A DNA stretch of 64,000 bases. Source: the human T2T-CHM13v2.0 reference genome, Homo sapiens. The notes under the pieces are model-generated. The model did not search any database. It saw only the letters and a list, made by a program, of their open reading frames with translations, and was not told the origin of the DNA. Location of the stretch: positions 18,752,001-18,816,000 of the forward strand of contig CP068257.2 in NCBI GenBank assembly GCA_009914755.4, in the 5' to 3' direction. Position numbers and translations under genes: made by a program. Within the stretch, counting starts at the first letter, position 1. Each line of letters opens with the position of its first letter. This document shows positions 13,031-28,015 of the stretch, in pieces.

Positions 13031-15016
13031 ATACTCATTTACAGTTTCCATGCGAGGGAATTATATTAAGCTTTCTTAATGACATTCTGATTACTTGTCC
13101 AGGTGTGTTGCGGCTTCTTATTTCATTCACCCAGAAACTATTGAGTGATTACTCGGGATCCAGTGCTTTTTCAGCAAACCCAAATTAGTCACCCCAAAAA
13201 AGCAAATAATATAGACCAGAGGAACTAGTGTTGCTTACTCTCCTAGGGTATCAAGTGTTTCACAGTATAATGCATCCAAAAGGTAATGATTCATAAAATA
13301 TCAATACTAATTAAGAAATACGGCAAAGTGAAGATTTATTCTACCTCAATTTCAAGTATTTGAAGGGACTGAGAGTCAAGATTATTTATAGTGCTTCTCT
13401 ATGGTGACATTATTTTAATGGTGTCATTTAAATCCATTTTTGGTGCAATACAGTAATTCCTAAATGATAAATTACACTATTTAATATTTCAACAGAGACA
13501 TTTGTTAGATATAGAGGTCCAATTTTTTAAATGAAGAGTTTAAAGATTTGCTTGCATCTTAAACTGAAATCCTGCATTAAATTAGTAATTTGTAAACTTA
13601 CCATTTGATTTGTAAGAAATATCATATATTGATTGTAAAACAAATGTTATATGTTGTTTTTTAGATCCACTTAACTTTCAGTGTTCAGCAACTCCACGAA
13701 GAATCCACAACTTGAAAACAAAAGATGAAAAATGATGAGTTCACGTACATAGCTGTACTCTTAGTCCCAAACCAATAAATCTTTTGCCCTCTTTCTAATT
13801 TATCACATGTTTGTAAAAGAGATTTGCTTCTGGGGAGAACGTGTTAAATAGGGAAGTTCATATTTGAAACATTTACATCATTTTCTTGCCCTCTTTCTGT
13901 TTACCAACAAAACAAAATGATATTTGGAAATGAATGATTTTGAGGAAATATTATGAGTATATATTAAAAGTTTTGACCTTTTTCTTATTTATATGGTTCA
14001 AATGAGTGCATTGTGAGCCAAAAATGCAAGATGGATCGAGAATGTTCTTGTCCAACTAGAATTTGTTAAGAGGCTCCAAACTGCCGTTAGGAATCAGAGT
14101 TGGAGAGACAGTGATTTCTATGTGTATCTGAATGTTACTGTGTTCTGGCTGTTATGCAAAAAAGAAAAGGGCATAAATAGTCAAGCAGCAATAGGAAGCT
14201 TACTGGAGCAACAGTTAATGTTACAACTTGGTGACAGGTATGCGATTCCCATTATCCCATCACCACCAGAGGCAGCTGATAGACATCCAAAGTAAGCTCC
14301 TAGGAACCCAAATGAGACTGAGGAAAACACAGGGCCGCCCGTGCACTGTGGGGCTTTAAGAAAGAACCAGAGAACTTCTCCTCTAGTGTCAGTAGGGGCC
14401 AGCATACATAAGCAATGCCATAGTTCAGATGTTTGAATCGCGGCAGCCCTCTATAGCCAGCTCAGTGTAGGGGCTGAGGTTTGGAGGGGAAACTCTTTCC
14501 CCTGATATGTTTGGGGGCAGGGATACAAGAATTGCAGTTGCAGTTGTATTATGTAGTAAGATCTTTGCCACACCATTGGTGATGAATGAACTGAGACACG
14601 GGTCTAAGCTTTGAGACAGAATGAATTAAGCACTGGATTTGAAAGTGACCAGGACCCTCTCTAGGATTTTCTCCTTCAGGAGCTCAGCTATGGACAAGTT
14701 ACCCCTTACTTGTCACTGGCATGTATCAGGGGTACTTTTACACCATTTGAAGGCTCAATAGGACAGGTATTAAAGACTTACAATTATCATTATAGTTATT
14801 TACCCCCTTTAGCCTCTATTTGTGTGTCTCTGTGGGAACTCATTCACATTCCTCAGGAAGCTGCTCACTTCTGTTTCCTCAGAATTATTTACATTTTGGA
14901 ACATTTCCATACAGGTGTAGTAGGAGACATGAGCTATGATAAAATGGAGTCGGTTTACTAATATCTTCTGATCTTGTAATTGAATTAATGAAACTAATTT
15001 TTTACTCTTTTTGTAA

Positions 15017-15397
<381 letters not shown>

Positions 15398-17357
15398 TAA
15401 TTGTGTGCATGAATACACTCACCCACATAGATGTATAATTATGTCAACTTATACGTAAACACAAATACTTTTATAAGGAAGATTAAGTCACACCATATTG
15501 TGTTAGTTGTAGCTGAGAATTTTTGTAAAGCTTTTAAGCATGCAGACTTTATTTTCCCTTGCATCCAACTGCTATCCCAACATTTTACAACAGAAAAAAT
15601 AAAATCGTTGCTCTTTCTGACCCACTTTTTTCGCCTCAGGATATCTTTGTCTGTTCATAATTGGTTTACTATATTCACATTGTCAACAGAACTCTGTGCT
15701 TTTCAACATTTAACACCTGTGAAGAACTGTGACTTTACTGCAAGCAAAAGGCATGATTGGTTGCAAAAGACCTTTAGCTCACTAGCAGGTATGTTGGAGC
15801 GACAACAAATATCTTTCAGTTCAAAGAAATCTGAATCTGTAATTTACAGTTTTCTTTCTCTCACAATTACTGGCTTACTTTGTTTACTTTCAAATTCCTT
15901 GTAATATCTGGTGAACTTGGAAGATATATCTTTAGCTGTTTCCAGTATTCTCTCTAATTTTATTTTCATGTTTATTAGCAATTTTGGTATATATTTTTTC
16001 TTAGCAAAGATACTATATGTTTATTCAGTCTTCATCTTTCTTTCTAAATAATATCTCTCAGGCTTCTTATTTATGTGTACAAGTTCTATATTATATCAGC
16101 AAACAAAACAAAAACAATAATAACAAATGTTCATGAGTTTTTAGATACATTTCTCAAATGTAATGCTCCCAACATAAAAAATAGCCCAGTATCATGAAAT
16201 CCTTGGTGGTGGAATGAAAGCGTAGGTCATTTTGCATGAGGGCAGTGGGGACTCCAGTAGGGGCCCTAGTGTGGGGTTAAGAACGTGTGGGCAACATGAC
16301 CCTTTCAGAAGATTAGGAGGTGAGTGCATACAGGAAAGTCAATGAAATTTGTTGGTTAGCCTACCTAGGACAAAGGATTGAATTTTTTTTTCCTTACTCT
16401 TTTCTTTTGTCTCTTAACCACATGGTCTTTTCCTATAGACCTTCAGAGTTAGCAGGAGATGACTTGTAGTGGTGCAACACCTGTCAGCCTTAAATAACAA
16501 GATTCAGAAAATACAATTCAGCATAGAGTTTTTTCAACCCCAAAGCTTGAGGATGGCCACCCAGGAGCATAGATTCAAGTTGCTATGAATATGCACTCCA
16601 ATTAGCAGCAGTTACAAGTGAGTTTTTAAGGGGGAAAAAAAAGAGAGGCAATTTCTAGGTTGCTTACCAAGAATTTGCATCAAAATAATATAAGCTGTTA
16701 ATTGATTCTACATTGTTCTTTGTATCGCAAATTCCAGGAACATGAAGATAATGGGTGAGGCAACTAGTCAGGGAAAAAAATCCTTGAAAAACTATTGTCC
16801 CTGGGCATAGGGGTTGGATGGGGGTGGAGTGGGTGTGACTGAAGTCCTATCTTCATACTCTTGTCTCTGGCATACCTCACATAGCTCACACTGGTCTCAG
16901 CTATTTTTTTCCTCACACCATAGCACTGGCCTGCTATGTATGCAGTGGGTAGACTGGCAGGGGAGGAGGTTAGATTCCAAAATTGTGTAGGGCTTTTATT
17001 CCCGACTCAAATATTTTACCATGATATTTTATATTAAAATTATTTTTAGTACCAACATGTCAAATCTGAAAATAATGTTTTGAGTTATAAAGTACCCAAA
17101 TGACAGTGTAAGTGTTAAGGTATTTGAGACCAGTCATATCCAACCACAGTCCTCATCACTGCCATCTTCTTTCACCGTACCTCTTTGTTTTTTTCTCTTC
17201 TGTCAGCGATGTGAGTTTAACTCCAAGTGCTTTCTTTCCCTTTGCAGAAGGACTGAGCCTTCCAAAAGAAGGTCCCCCAAAGAATAGAGTTTTGCTTCAC
17301 TCAATTCAAGTGGACAGTTTGGAAGGTGTTGAAGGTTTTTGTTTTGTTTTGTTTTTA

Positions 17358-17490
17358 TGAGTTGGAGTCTTGATCTGTTGCCCAGGCTGGAGTACAATGG
17401 TGCTATCATAGCTCTCTGCAGCCTTAAACTCCTGGGGTCAAGTGATCCTTCCACCTCAGCCTCCCAAGTAGCTGGTGCATGACACTACAC
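17358..17490 (-). mobile_element. Partial Alu (right-arm portion), antisense.
   Basis: The sequence reads gagtcttgatctgttgcccaggctggagtacaatggtgctatcatagctctctgcagccttaaactcctggggtcaagtgatccttccacctcagcctcccaagtagctgg. Confidence 0.75.
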
Positions 17491-17588
17491 TTGTATAATT
17501 TTAAAAATTGCTTTAAAGTTGGAATCTCACTATGTTTTTCTTTCTTTTGCACCATTTCATGGATGCCAAGGAGCTTAGCTGATGTATC

Positions 17589-17634
17589 CAAATATGTATG
17601 TATGTGTATGTGTATGTGTGTGTGTAACTGTCCC
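17589..17634. repeat. Imperfect (TG)n/(TGTA)n microsatellite.
   Basis: The sequence reads tgtatgtatgtgtatgtgtatgtgtgtgtgtaac. Confidence 0.9.
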
Positions 17635-19260
17635 ACATATTTTTGAAGGTTGGTCAGCAGAGTATATAAACACTTGTGAGGATGGAGAATATAAACCAAA
17701 AATAAAATTATAAGCACCCCAACTTACTGAATGAACCCCTCCTCTTAGCCAAGGGCCTTCCAAAGTTAACCTGAAAAACTAGTTCAAACCATGATGGGAA
17801 GGGGGGTTGAGGAAGCCTCATTATACTCTCTTCTCTTTGGAATTCAGGCACAACTGACCAGCCTGAACATTAAAACAGAGATCTTAACACTCACAAAACA
17901 TACTCTGTAGCAATAAGGTACCAAATTCGAACCTGACTCTCTAGTATAGCATCACATGATAGATAACAAACCCTGAAATTAAACAAAGTACGTTACCTCA
18001 AAATGTATTTCTTTGACATATCTTAAAATGACCCTGCAAAGCTGTCTATTGTGGGGGGAAATTTACATTTTGTAGAGAATCTCCTTCACTTACTAGGTCT
18101 TTTCAGGAGAGTCTATCACCTTTTAAGGTCTGATAAGAAGACCTAAACCATCTACTGTCTCTGAAGTAAGCTTCCTGGAGGCTTCATCTGCATGGGAAGA
18201 ATCTTGGTTTTCACAGCCTAACCTTACCTTAACCCCAAGTATTTCTTTCTGTTGACTTGAACTCTTTAGGCAAAACTTAACTCTTTCAGCAAATTGCCAG
18301 TCAGGAATCTTTGAATCTCTCTAACACCTAGAAACCTCCTTACCTCCCTGAAAGCCCTTCTTAGAGATGTCCTGCCTTTCCACCCTGAACCAATATACAC
18401 CTTACATGTATTCATTGATGTCTGCCTGTAACTTCTGCCTCCCTAAAATGTACAAAATAAAATTGTGACCAAGCCGCCTTGTGCAAATGTTCTCAGGACC
18501 TCCTGAGGCTGTCTCATGGGCATGTCCTTAACCTTGGCAAAATAAACTTCCAAACTGATTGAGACTTGTCTCAGATACGTTTTGGTTAACACAGTAAAGA
18601 TTTTTATGACTGGCCAAATCTTTATTTCCTGAAGGTGATATGACCCACTTTTTTAGGAATCCATGAAAAATTTTGGAGATCCGCAAATGCATTTACTATC
18701 TGTAAACATAGAATATTATCTTCTATTGTGCATAAACATTTCTCAAAATGTTCACACCCTATTTCTTTAAAGAAAATATATATCCTCTACACCTGTTTGT
18801 GTTCCTTAATAACATATAATTGTCTCCTTGTGAAATCATGCACTTCTAGACTTTCCAGATATTCCTCACCTTCTGAACTTTTATATTGTGTTTTCTTGAA
18901 TTAATTATTAATAAAGTCTACAATATTCTTAATTTTTCACAAATTTATTATTTATTGTTTATTCCCTTAAGTGTGACCTGTCTCTGCCTGTGTTAGTTAC
19001 ATATTGCTGCAAATTATCTCAAATGTAGTGGTTTATGAGAACAAACATTTATTATCATCCAATTTCTGTGGTCAGAAATTTGAAGCTGGCTTAGCTAGGC
19101 AACTCAATGTCTTTCATTTGGTTGCAATTAGGATGTCAGCTGGGGCTGCTGTCCTCAGAAGGCGTGACTAGGGCTGGCACCAAAGAGTCTCACTCACATG
19201 GCCATTGGCATAGAGCTCAGTCCCTTGCCACCCAGATCTGTCCACAGGCTGCTTGAATGA

Positions 19261-19625
19261 TGTATTAGTTCATTTTCACACTGCTAATAAAGACATACCA
19301 GAAGCTGGGTAATTTGTAAAGAAAAAGAAGTTTAATGGAATCACAGTTCTACATAGCTGGGGAGGCCTCACAGTCTCAGCAGAAGGCGAAAGAGACATCT
19401 TACATCATAGCAGGCAAGAGAGAGAATGACAGCCGAGTAAAAGAGAAAACCCCTTGTAAAACCATTGGATCTCTTTAGACTTATTCACTACCACATGAAC
19501 AGTGTGGAGGAAGCTGCCCCAATGATTCAATTATCTCCCACTGGGTCCCTCTGACAACATGTGAGAATTATGGGAACTACAATTCAAGATGAGATTTGTG
19601 TGGGGACACAGCCAAACAGTATCAA
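19261..19625 (-). mobile_element. MaLR solo LTR of THE1/MST type, antisense.
   Basis: It starts tgtattagttcattttcacactgctaataaagacataccagaagctgggtaatttgtaaag and ends gagaattatgggaactacaattcaagatgagatttgtgtggggacacagccaaacagtatca. This is the reverse complement of the THE1 LTR consensus, which runs tgatatggtttggctgtgtcc ... ctaatacaa. Confidence 0.8.
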
Positions 19626-22600
19626 ATGGCCTCTCAACATAGCAGAAAGAGCATGGCAGAAAGAACAATGCAATGGATCGTGGTGGAATTTGCAGTAATG
19701 CAATGCTAATAATAATGAAGTCTCTAAAGTCGCACACGCCATCAATTCTACTTTGTCCTACTCATTAGTAGTGAGTTACTAAGTCCAGCCCACTTTCTAG
19801 GGGAGGGACTTAGGTTCTACCTCTTGAAGGGAGAAGCATCAGAGTTTTGGGGGCATATTTTAAAACCACCACACTGCCTATAGTCCAGTGTGGGATCCTC
19901 ATATTTATAAATCTAGGGCATCTCAAACTCTGTGATAGAAAGTTGTGGGGAAGGTGATACAAGAGAAGATGGACTCTCCTGGCTTCCTATCATGTATTCC
20001 ATAATGAATTTCTTTCAATTACATGAAACCCTTCTTTTGGGTCCATATGATTATACTCAGTACTTTTCTAATCTTTGGATCCATATTTTCTAGAAATGTC
20101 CCTTCCACTTACAGATTTTAAGTAGCTCCCTACTACGGGCGCATTCCAACTTCTACAATAATCTTAGGAGAGTTTAATGTCTCAGAAAACTCCTTAAAAG
20201 GAATGACTTTTCTTAATTTTAGTGGCCTAGATTTCTGTTCCATTTGATTCACAAAGTACACATTCTCATGTAAATGATTCCGCCTCAGAAATTATCAAGT
20301 GTGGTATTCCTCTCTCAGGACACAACCTCTCTGCTGCTTCAGATATCTCCTTCCTTCACTTCCTCCACACCTGATCTTTAGCCTGGCTCTTACATATTCT
20401 CCACGATGCTGCCAAGAAAAGAGAGCAGAAGCATTTAGAACAGGAGTTACTTTTAAAAAGAAAGTTACTTTTGTCAAATGATGCTCCAACCTATAGACAA
20501 AATGAACTCTTTGTGGATAACTGAGATGCTTAAGTTAAAGCAAAACCAGGAGGCCCTAGCAGGATGGGGTGGGGAGGGTTGGGGGGTTGGGCAGTTACAC
20601 TCCATGTGTGCTCACAAAATGTTGCAAAAGTATCACAAGACTTCCGTTCGTTTCTGCCATCAAGTTAAACCAAAATAGGCTACAGTGGGGAATCTCCCAA
20701 CTGACAAAGGACTGACCACCTAGAGTCAGCCAATAAAGAGAGACTTGTGGCTTTAGGCTTAAGGGTTGTCCAATCAAGGCTCTGATCCCACTCCTCAGCC
20801 TTGCAGTTTTTGTCTTTATAATCTCTAACTCTCCAACGTCCCCTTGAAGAGCTTTTAACTTTGTCCTGAAAGCTACATCTCCCCAACCTGTAGATTGCTT
20901 TCCGAAAATAAGGTCCGTGCCCTCTCTCTCTCTTTTTGTCTCTGCAGATTTCATGGCCTTTTTTTTAACACTTTTAGAGAATGAAAGGCAATCAAACAAG
21001 AAAGTCTGGTTCACCAAATAAAAGAATACAACAACATTTAAAGAAAAAATATCTGGAAAAATATGACTAAGGTTATGAAATTTATGGTATATTCATGGTA
21101 GACAGTGGTAATATTTTATTCGCAAAGATCATGCTATAAATTCAGATATTGTCAAAGCAAATAAGGAAATTGAGGAGAAATGTCTTTGTTAAGAAATTCA
21201 GGTTTATTGTTTTGTGTGCAAAATTTCTCCCTTCCACCTGCAACTTGGCTATGTAAGTTGTGCTTAATGATGTTGGAAGTAGAAAAAGCTACCAGTTGTT
21301 GTTTCTTCAGTGCTAAAACCACTTTCTTTGGAGTCCTCTTGACCTACCTCATGATTCATGGTATGAATAGTTGAGTCACGAGGTCTCTTAATCTTCTTAA
21401 AAAGAATCTATCACTCCAGTGTCAGTCACCAGCAACCTCAAAGCAATAAACATATGTAATATACTGAAGTGATCAGATACACCTGCTGCTGCCCTGTTCC
21501 ACCTGAGACCTGAACAGATAAAAGTGAAACATCACAGAGATAAAATAAAAACAGACCCACCTGGGAGAATCATGAAAGCAGCCAGGTCCTGACCTTGTTC
21601 AAGAGGCCTTGGGAGGCTCTGCCTGAGAGAACACTGAGGACTTCTTTCAATTTTGGCAGCTGCTGCTAGAAGCTCTGGCTGAGAGAGGTAGCGATCGCCC
21701 AGCTGATTGATGTCTGAAGGACTTCCAGAACCTTTCAACTCTTCTGTTAGCATGTTGACCTCCCAAACCATGCTGTGTTTCGCCACCCTAGTCTTATTAC
21801 TGCCTGTGTACTGAATACTAGTTGTTCAACTGGTAGTGTGTGAAGGTCTTGCAGCAAACAATGAATTTGAGCATATATAATTGGCTTTGAGTCACTGGGA
21901 AATCCTACAACTTAGTTAGGTCAGAGTTAGCACACCTAGAAAGTGGTGAACCTAATTAACATATCAATTGGTGTGGCTAATAACAGACATCATCCTAGAT
22001 TTAGATCATCTTAAATCCAACAAGTATCTTTATAAGAGAAGAGAAGACAGACACAAATGGAAAAAAGCCAAGTGAAGATGAAGGCAGATTAGAGTGATCC
22101 TGCCACAAGCCTGGAGCCATTAGGAGATGAAAGAAGCAAGAAAGCCTTCTCCTCTAAAGCCTTCAGAAACAGTGTGGTCCTGTCAACACATTCATTACAG
22201 ACTTTGGCCTCCAGAATTGTGAAAGGGTACACTTCTGTTGTTTTAACCCACAAAATTTGTAGTAATTTTTTATAGCATCCCCAGGATACTAATGTAGAGT
22301 GCAAAGTGGGGGTATGGCACGTGACTATAAGGTGAAAAGTGGTTGGGTGGGGAGGATTCTAGCTGAATCCTCTAAGGCTAAATCCTCTAAGGTTATTTAA
22401 AAGTAAATAGGCTTTTCTAATGGGTGGATATTTCATGATATTTCATCTGTGGCTGACTGTTTTTATTTTTTTTTCTGAAAATATTTTCCAAACCCAGAGG
22501 TGAGACAGAGTTTATATGCATGTCAGAGAGAATTCTAGGAGCAGACCCCAGGAACATTCTGGAAGTGCCTGGGAGCCCACAAGAGCCAATGTAAAGATAT

Positions 22601-25149
22601 TTACATACGCCCCTATTTTCTGTCCATTGCCTCATTTTTGTCTGCTTCTGTGCCATATACCCTGGAGTCAGGATCACTGTGGTTCAATATTCCCAGAGAC
22701 TAAAATTCTGGTCCTCTTAGAAGCCTGGGAGAAGAAATGATTCAGCCATTCATCCAGTTCTTCTAACTTCAGCCCCAAATTTTTCACCTGACCTCCACAG
22801 TCCCTCCAAACTCAAAACACCTCAAGGAGTCAAGTGAATGCGACTAGTTTTATCTCTATCATTACCCCTCTTCATCCTTAGGTTCCAGCTTTCTCTGCTC
22901 TGCTAGAGTCCATTTCCTCCCTTTCTTTTAAAATACATAGTGACATTGTTTCTTCAAGGTGTTTTCTTTTCTATTTTTTTTCTCATGGACCTGTATGCCT
23001 CTTGCCATTTTAGTTGATGTTCTAAAATGCAACAAAAATAAACAAACTTGTTCACTCTGATGGTCATACCATCATTCTCCTCTTTATATTTTATCTAATT
23101 TACTGATACTACTGTCCATCAACTTACCACAGCTACAAAGCTGAAATTCAAATGTATTTCTTCTCCCTTGTCTCCCATACAACTTAATCACAAAGACAGA
23201 CATATCTTGCCTCATTAAAAAAAAATCAGTACACTAATCTCTAATGCTAATGATACTGCTTTAAAGGCTTCTCATCATCTGTCAATCAACTACTGGGACC
23301 CATTGTCCCTCCTTTTAGAATGCATCCTCAAACCCATCATCCACTAATCTGCAGGGTCATCTCTCTCATATGCACTGCTGATGGTGTACCTTCTCTTTTC
23401 AAATCCTTCAAAAGCTGATCTCATGGGTCTAGATCAATGTGCAGCTTAGCATGGAACACAGGGCCTTCCTGGGAGGATCTCTTGACATTATCTCATCCAT
23501 AAATTTTCACTGCTCCCAGGCTTATACTCAATGTTCTACAATTATCTACAATCTCCATAACTTTGCCATTTCCTCAGATTAAAATGACTTTCTTACTTCA
23601 TCTTTTCAGTCTCTGATTTTCCAAAATAAATCAGGCCCTTTGTTTTCTCCACCATGAAACCTTCTTTGTTCCCTGCCTCCCCTACCCAGCCTATCTTGCT
23701 CAACCTTGCTGACTTAGTCATTGATTATTTTCTTTGATCCTGGAAGCTACCTCCATTATTATCTTTATCATAATTATTTTTAAATTTTTTTCCTCCCTTT
23801 GAGAAGTAGCTGTTTTACAGTAGGTACTGGTTCTTTATTTAAAGTTTAATTATTGCTTTTAACATAGTGATAAATACATAATTGAATTTAAAGAAAAATT
23901 AACAGATCTCTTTGTTCTGAATAAGGAAGCAGCCAGAGAGGTGAGAGTACGCTCTGACATTAAAGTAGGTGGTAATGTGTATTCCAATTCATTTTTGTCT
24001 TTTTCTAGTACTAACAAACTTCATTGCTCAATGCTATTACTTATTACTTCTTGAAATGTTGTCTCCTACCTTCTCCTACTAAATACTCCAACTCAGGTCA
24101 GATACAGTGCATTTTCAAAGCTCCCCATACAAAAAAAGTCTTATATTAATATGATCCATCAGAAATAATGACATTCAGAACTTATTCCTTTTCTGTGCTG
24201 CAAGGTCAATTTTCCTACCTCTATTGAAGCATTCATCACTCTAAGCAGCAAAGCAAAATCCTCCCAGAACTTAAGAATAGAATTATGGTAATATCAACTT
24301 GCAGTGGTTGACCTAGCCTTGCATAAAGTAGAATTATTCCAAGCAATAACAGACAAATGGGTGATTAAGCATTTTTTTTCAAAAAAGAGGTCAGGATCTT
24401 GCTTTAGAAAAAGACTACCTGTATGGACAGGCTTAAGTCTGTTGTAAAATTAATGTCTAAAATGAAGAATGTTTCAGTCAGGAACAAATGAATGTTCAGT
24501 GGAGAAAAAAGGGAAACAGTGGAATTCTAATATGCATCTAGCATTGATTGGGGAGATGACCGTGCTGAAGAGTACAGACTTTCTATCAAATTTGGAGGAG
24601 ACACACACATCATACACACAGACATGCACACACACAGGTGCATTCTCAGATAGGTTGATGATATCACTGATGAATTTTGGTTCTGTTTACATAGCTCTTT
24701 CTTTCATTATCCTGAGAAGATAAAGTTGTTCTTTCCATTTATATATCCAAGCATACATTTACTGCTCAAGAACTTTTATTAAGTGGGTGTGTATATGTAC
24801 AATATTTTAAACACAAACATATGTTGGTATATTGATTATAAATCTCAGTTACAAACTATGATTACATCAGTTCAATTCTTGGGTTGTGATTTTATAAGCC
24901 TTATGAAAAACTATGTTGATAGTGAGATTGCTCGACAGTTTCTTTTATATGTTTTTCTTTCTCACTTTGATTGTTATTGTGCATTCCAAGGTAACCCTTT
25001 TATAGAAGCAGAGCCAAGAATAACAACATTATCAGTCTTCTCTACTTTCAAGTTGAAATGTGATGTATCAGTCACTAATATTCCAAACACTATGAAATAA
25101 ATTGTCTGGAGCTTTGTGGCTCCTTCTTTTTCCTACCTCCTTTGTTTTA

Positions 25150-25272
25150 TTTGCTTTGTGGTGTATAATAACCCTTGACATGTTATATTTAATTATTTTA
25201 AAACATGGTGCATCACGTATGTCATGTCCCAGGAGGTCATGATTTAACATGGAGGAGAGGAATATTCTTCAG
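25150..25272 (+). repeat. Copy 1 of a roughly 120 bp local direct duplication; partner at 26322-26445.
   Basis: The segment tttgctttgtggtgtataataacccttgacatgttatatttaattattttaaaacatggtgcatcacgtatgtcatgtcccaggaggtcatgatttaacatggaggagaggaat has a near-identical stretch 1.17 kb downstream. Minus-strand ORFs 25068-25250 and 26099-26422 share an N-terminus (MLNHDLL.HDI..APCFKIIKY) because of it. Confidence 0.85.
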
Positions 25273-26295
25273 AAACAAAAGCAGATGCTAGAGAATTGAA
25301 GATGTCCACACAATTACCCAGTGTAACAAAAATAAGCTATATACATATTCTTCCTGACTTTTCTTTCTTCATTGTGTGAAGGACAGTTTTATGTCTAATT
25401 TTCTCTTTGGGTTCATCATTTTCATGAGCATGTAATGTGCCAAATGTGAATACATCTAGTAGATGCAGTAGAAGATGCTAACATTCTGGATATATTCCCC
25501 GAACAGCCTTAAGAATTCAATCCTTTATTACTATATCTCACTATACTTGCAATGTTGTAAATAGAGAAAAAATAAAATGGACAAGATCAAAACTGTAAAT
25601 TATTGCAACTACCTCCCCCCAAAATAAGTGCTTAAACATGATAAGAATATTTCCTTTGTGTTTTAGAAACAAATGTTGCACTATAATTCATACAATTTGT
25701 TCTAAGTCTAAAAGAGTCCCAAAATACTAATATTTAGATATTTAAAACTGAAAATAGATAGACCTATATCACTGTAAAAATATAGACACTGGACTTTGCA
25801 AATCATGAATCAACATTGGGAAACAGTCATTGTACACATCAGTGAACATATGAAATTCAAGGAGGACAAAAGAACAAACCCAATAGTAGGGATCATAATT
25901 CAAATCAACAAGTCAACAAAGTCTCACATCGCCTTTTAAATTTTTATTTACAAAAATTTTCTCACTTACTACCTTCAGTTTGCTCCGGCCTCTTGTTTTC
26001 CTTTCCCGTTTATCTTTATTCTTTTTGTATACCCTTTAAACTCATATCCTTCATCATTTTCCACAAAATTACTTTGTCTTTCATATTTAGAATAAACTTT
26101 AAATTGAAAGCAATAGGATTATTAAAAAAATTTTAAGGTGCACGGAAGGACACAGACACCTGATCGTTAGGAAAACATAAACAAGAGGTCTTGAATTGGA
26201 AGGAGTCATGGAAGATCTGCAAACCCAACAGTCTTCTGTGTGTTTCTCTCTTGCTTTCTCCATTTCTAATCCCCCATTCTTTGTCCCTTCTCCCC

Positions 26296-26325
26296 CTTCT
26301 CTGTCTCTCTCTCTCTCTCTCTTTG
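26296..26325. repeat. (CT)n microsatellite followed by CT-rich low complexity out to about 26570.
   Basis: The sequence reads ctctgtctctctctctctctctctttg, and 26440-26570 is polypyrimidine-rich. Confidence 0.9.
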
Positions 26326-26445
26326 CTTTGTGGTGTGTAATAGCCTTTGACATGATATATTTAATTATTTTAAAACATGGTGCATTACATATGTCATGTT
26401 CCAGGAGGTCATGATTTAACATGGAGGAGAGGAATTTTCTTAGGA
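26322..26445 (+). repeat. Copy 2 of the roughly 120 bp local direct duplication; partner at 25150-25272.
   Basis: See copy 1; identity is about 92% by eye. Confidence 0.85.
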
Positions 26446-27131
26446 GAGGAATTTTCTTCTACCCCTCCTTCTCTCTTTCTTTCTCTCCCCCTACCTCCTT
26501 CCCTTTCTGTTTCTTTCTTCTTTCTCTTTCCCTCACTCCAGTCTCTCCCTGCAAGCGTGTCTCCATCTGGAGTATCTGCCTTTGATTTCTCTGCCTTGCT
26601 CAAGGTCCAGTGTGTGATCATGCCATAAAGCACATGCCTTTCCAGCTTTAACGCTGTCATCAGGTGACTTAATTTCTTAGCTTTTCAAGTCCATTGAGTA
26701 CCATGTGATTTGTCTAGCTTCTCTATTTAACAGAAGCCACAAATCAAAGGTAGTTAACCGGGTTATTGAATGGTTGTCATTGAGTAGGATTTATACTGCT
26801 TTATCAATTGTCAACAGCTGCGGAGGACAGAAACACAATGAACAAAAAAATGCAGCTTTCTCTTCAGGTGGTGATAACAAGTTCTAGTACACATAGAAAT
26901 CCTCCACGGCTTTATTTTCTCTGTACATTTGATTTCCAGTCACAACTTGCCTTTATATCAATTCAATCAACACAGAGACTATTGACTTTATACAAAGCAA
27001 TTATTAATTTCCTCATCCTCACATTTATTTCACACTGTTAAGCTGAATTTAACTTTGATATCAAATGAAGTTTATGTTCTTGATAATATTTTCAAAACAA
27101 ATTATTCAAACACGTAGAGTGTGTGTCTTCA

Positions 27132-27467
<336 letters not shown>

Positions 27468-27887
27468 TTAACCCATTATACAATCTTCACCTTCAAAACA
27501 ATTCCTTGATGTTTTTCACTGTAGTCAGTAATCTGGTGTTGATTGAACATTTGACTTCTGCATCATAGAATGCATTATACTAAGGTAAGACTCTGCCACA
27601 CTGTCTGATTACTTTATCCCTGCCCTTCCCTATTGGGTAGGTATTTTTGACTAGTTACCTCGTGATTTCAACAGGGAGCCAATAGAAATTCAACAATTAG
27701 AAAGCCATGTAGAAATAATTAACAGCTATGTAAGTATAATACCTTGTCTAAGAAGTAGAACTAAATCAACCCCTAGCTACTCCCCAGGACTTTATAACTT
27801 AAATGTAGCCCAAAGTAATCAAACAATAGTGTCAACTCAGCTAAACTTCTTTCCCCCTGTGTTTTGTGAACGTCGGAAGATTTTAGT

Positions 27888-28015
27888 CTGGGCGTGGTGG
27901 CTCATGACTATAATCCCAGCACTTTGGGAGACTGAGGCAGGTGGATCACCTAAGTTTGGGAGTTCGAGACCAGACTGACCAACATGGAGAAACCCCGTCT
28001 CTACTAAATAAATAA
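27888..28015 (+). mobile_element. Alu left-arm monomer (FLAM/FRAM-like), sense.
   Basis: The sequence reads ggcgtggtggctcatgactataatcccagcactttgggagactgaggcaggtggatcacctaagtttgggagttcgagaccagactgaccaacatggagaaaccccgtctctactaaataaataaaaatt. Confidence 0.8.

Noticed and set aside
12480-13190. Plus-strand ORFs 12500-13188 that might look like a small gene cluster.
   Set aside because: They are overlapping frames across the LTR12 tandem-repeat region. The peptides contain repeated motifs (SADWSILQ) that simply mirror the DNA repeats.
15431-15904. A 157-aa plus-strand ORF, the longest ORF in unique sequence.
   Set aside because: The codon usage is extremely AT-rich and Leu/Phe/Ile-heavy, with no recognisable domain. 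There is no upstream promoter-like context and no splice signals. It is typical of random ORFs in AT-rich primate intergenic DNA.
20595-21017. A 140-aa minus-strand ORF.
   Set aside because: It has no similarity to any protein family I know. It overlaps a shorter ORF on the same strand and a (CT)n tract, and it contains an LTR-like stretch with ccaataaa. It is most likely a chance ORF across a degraded repeat.
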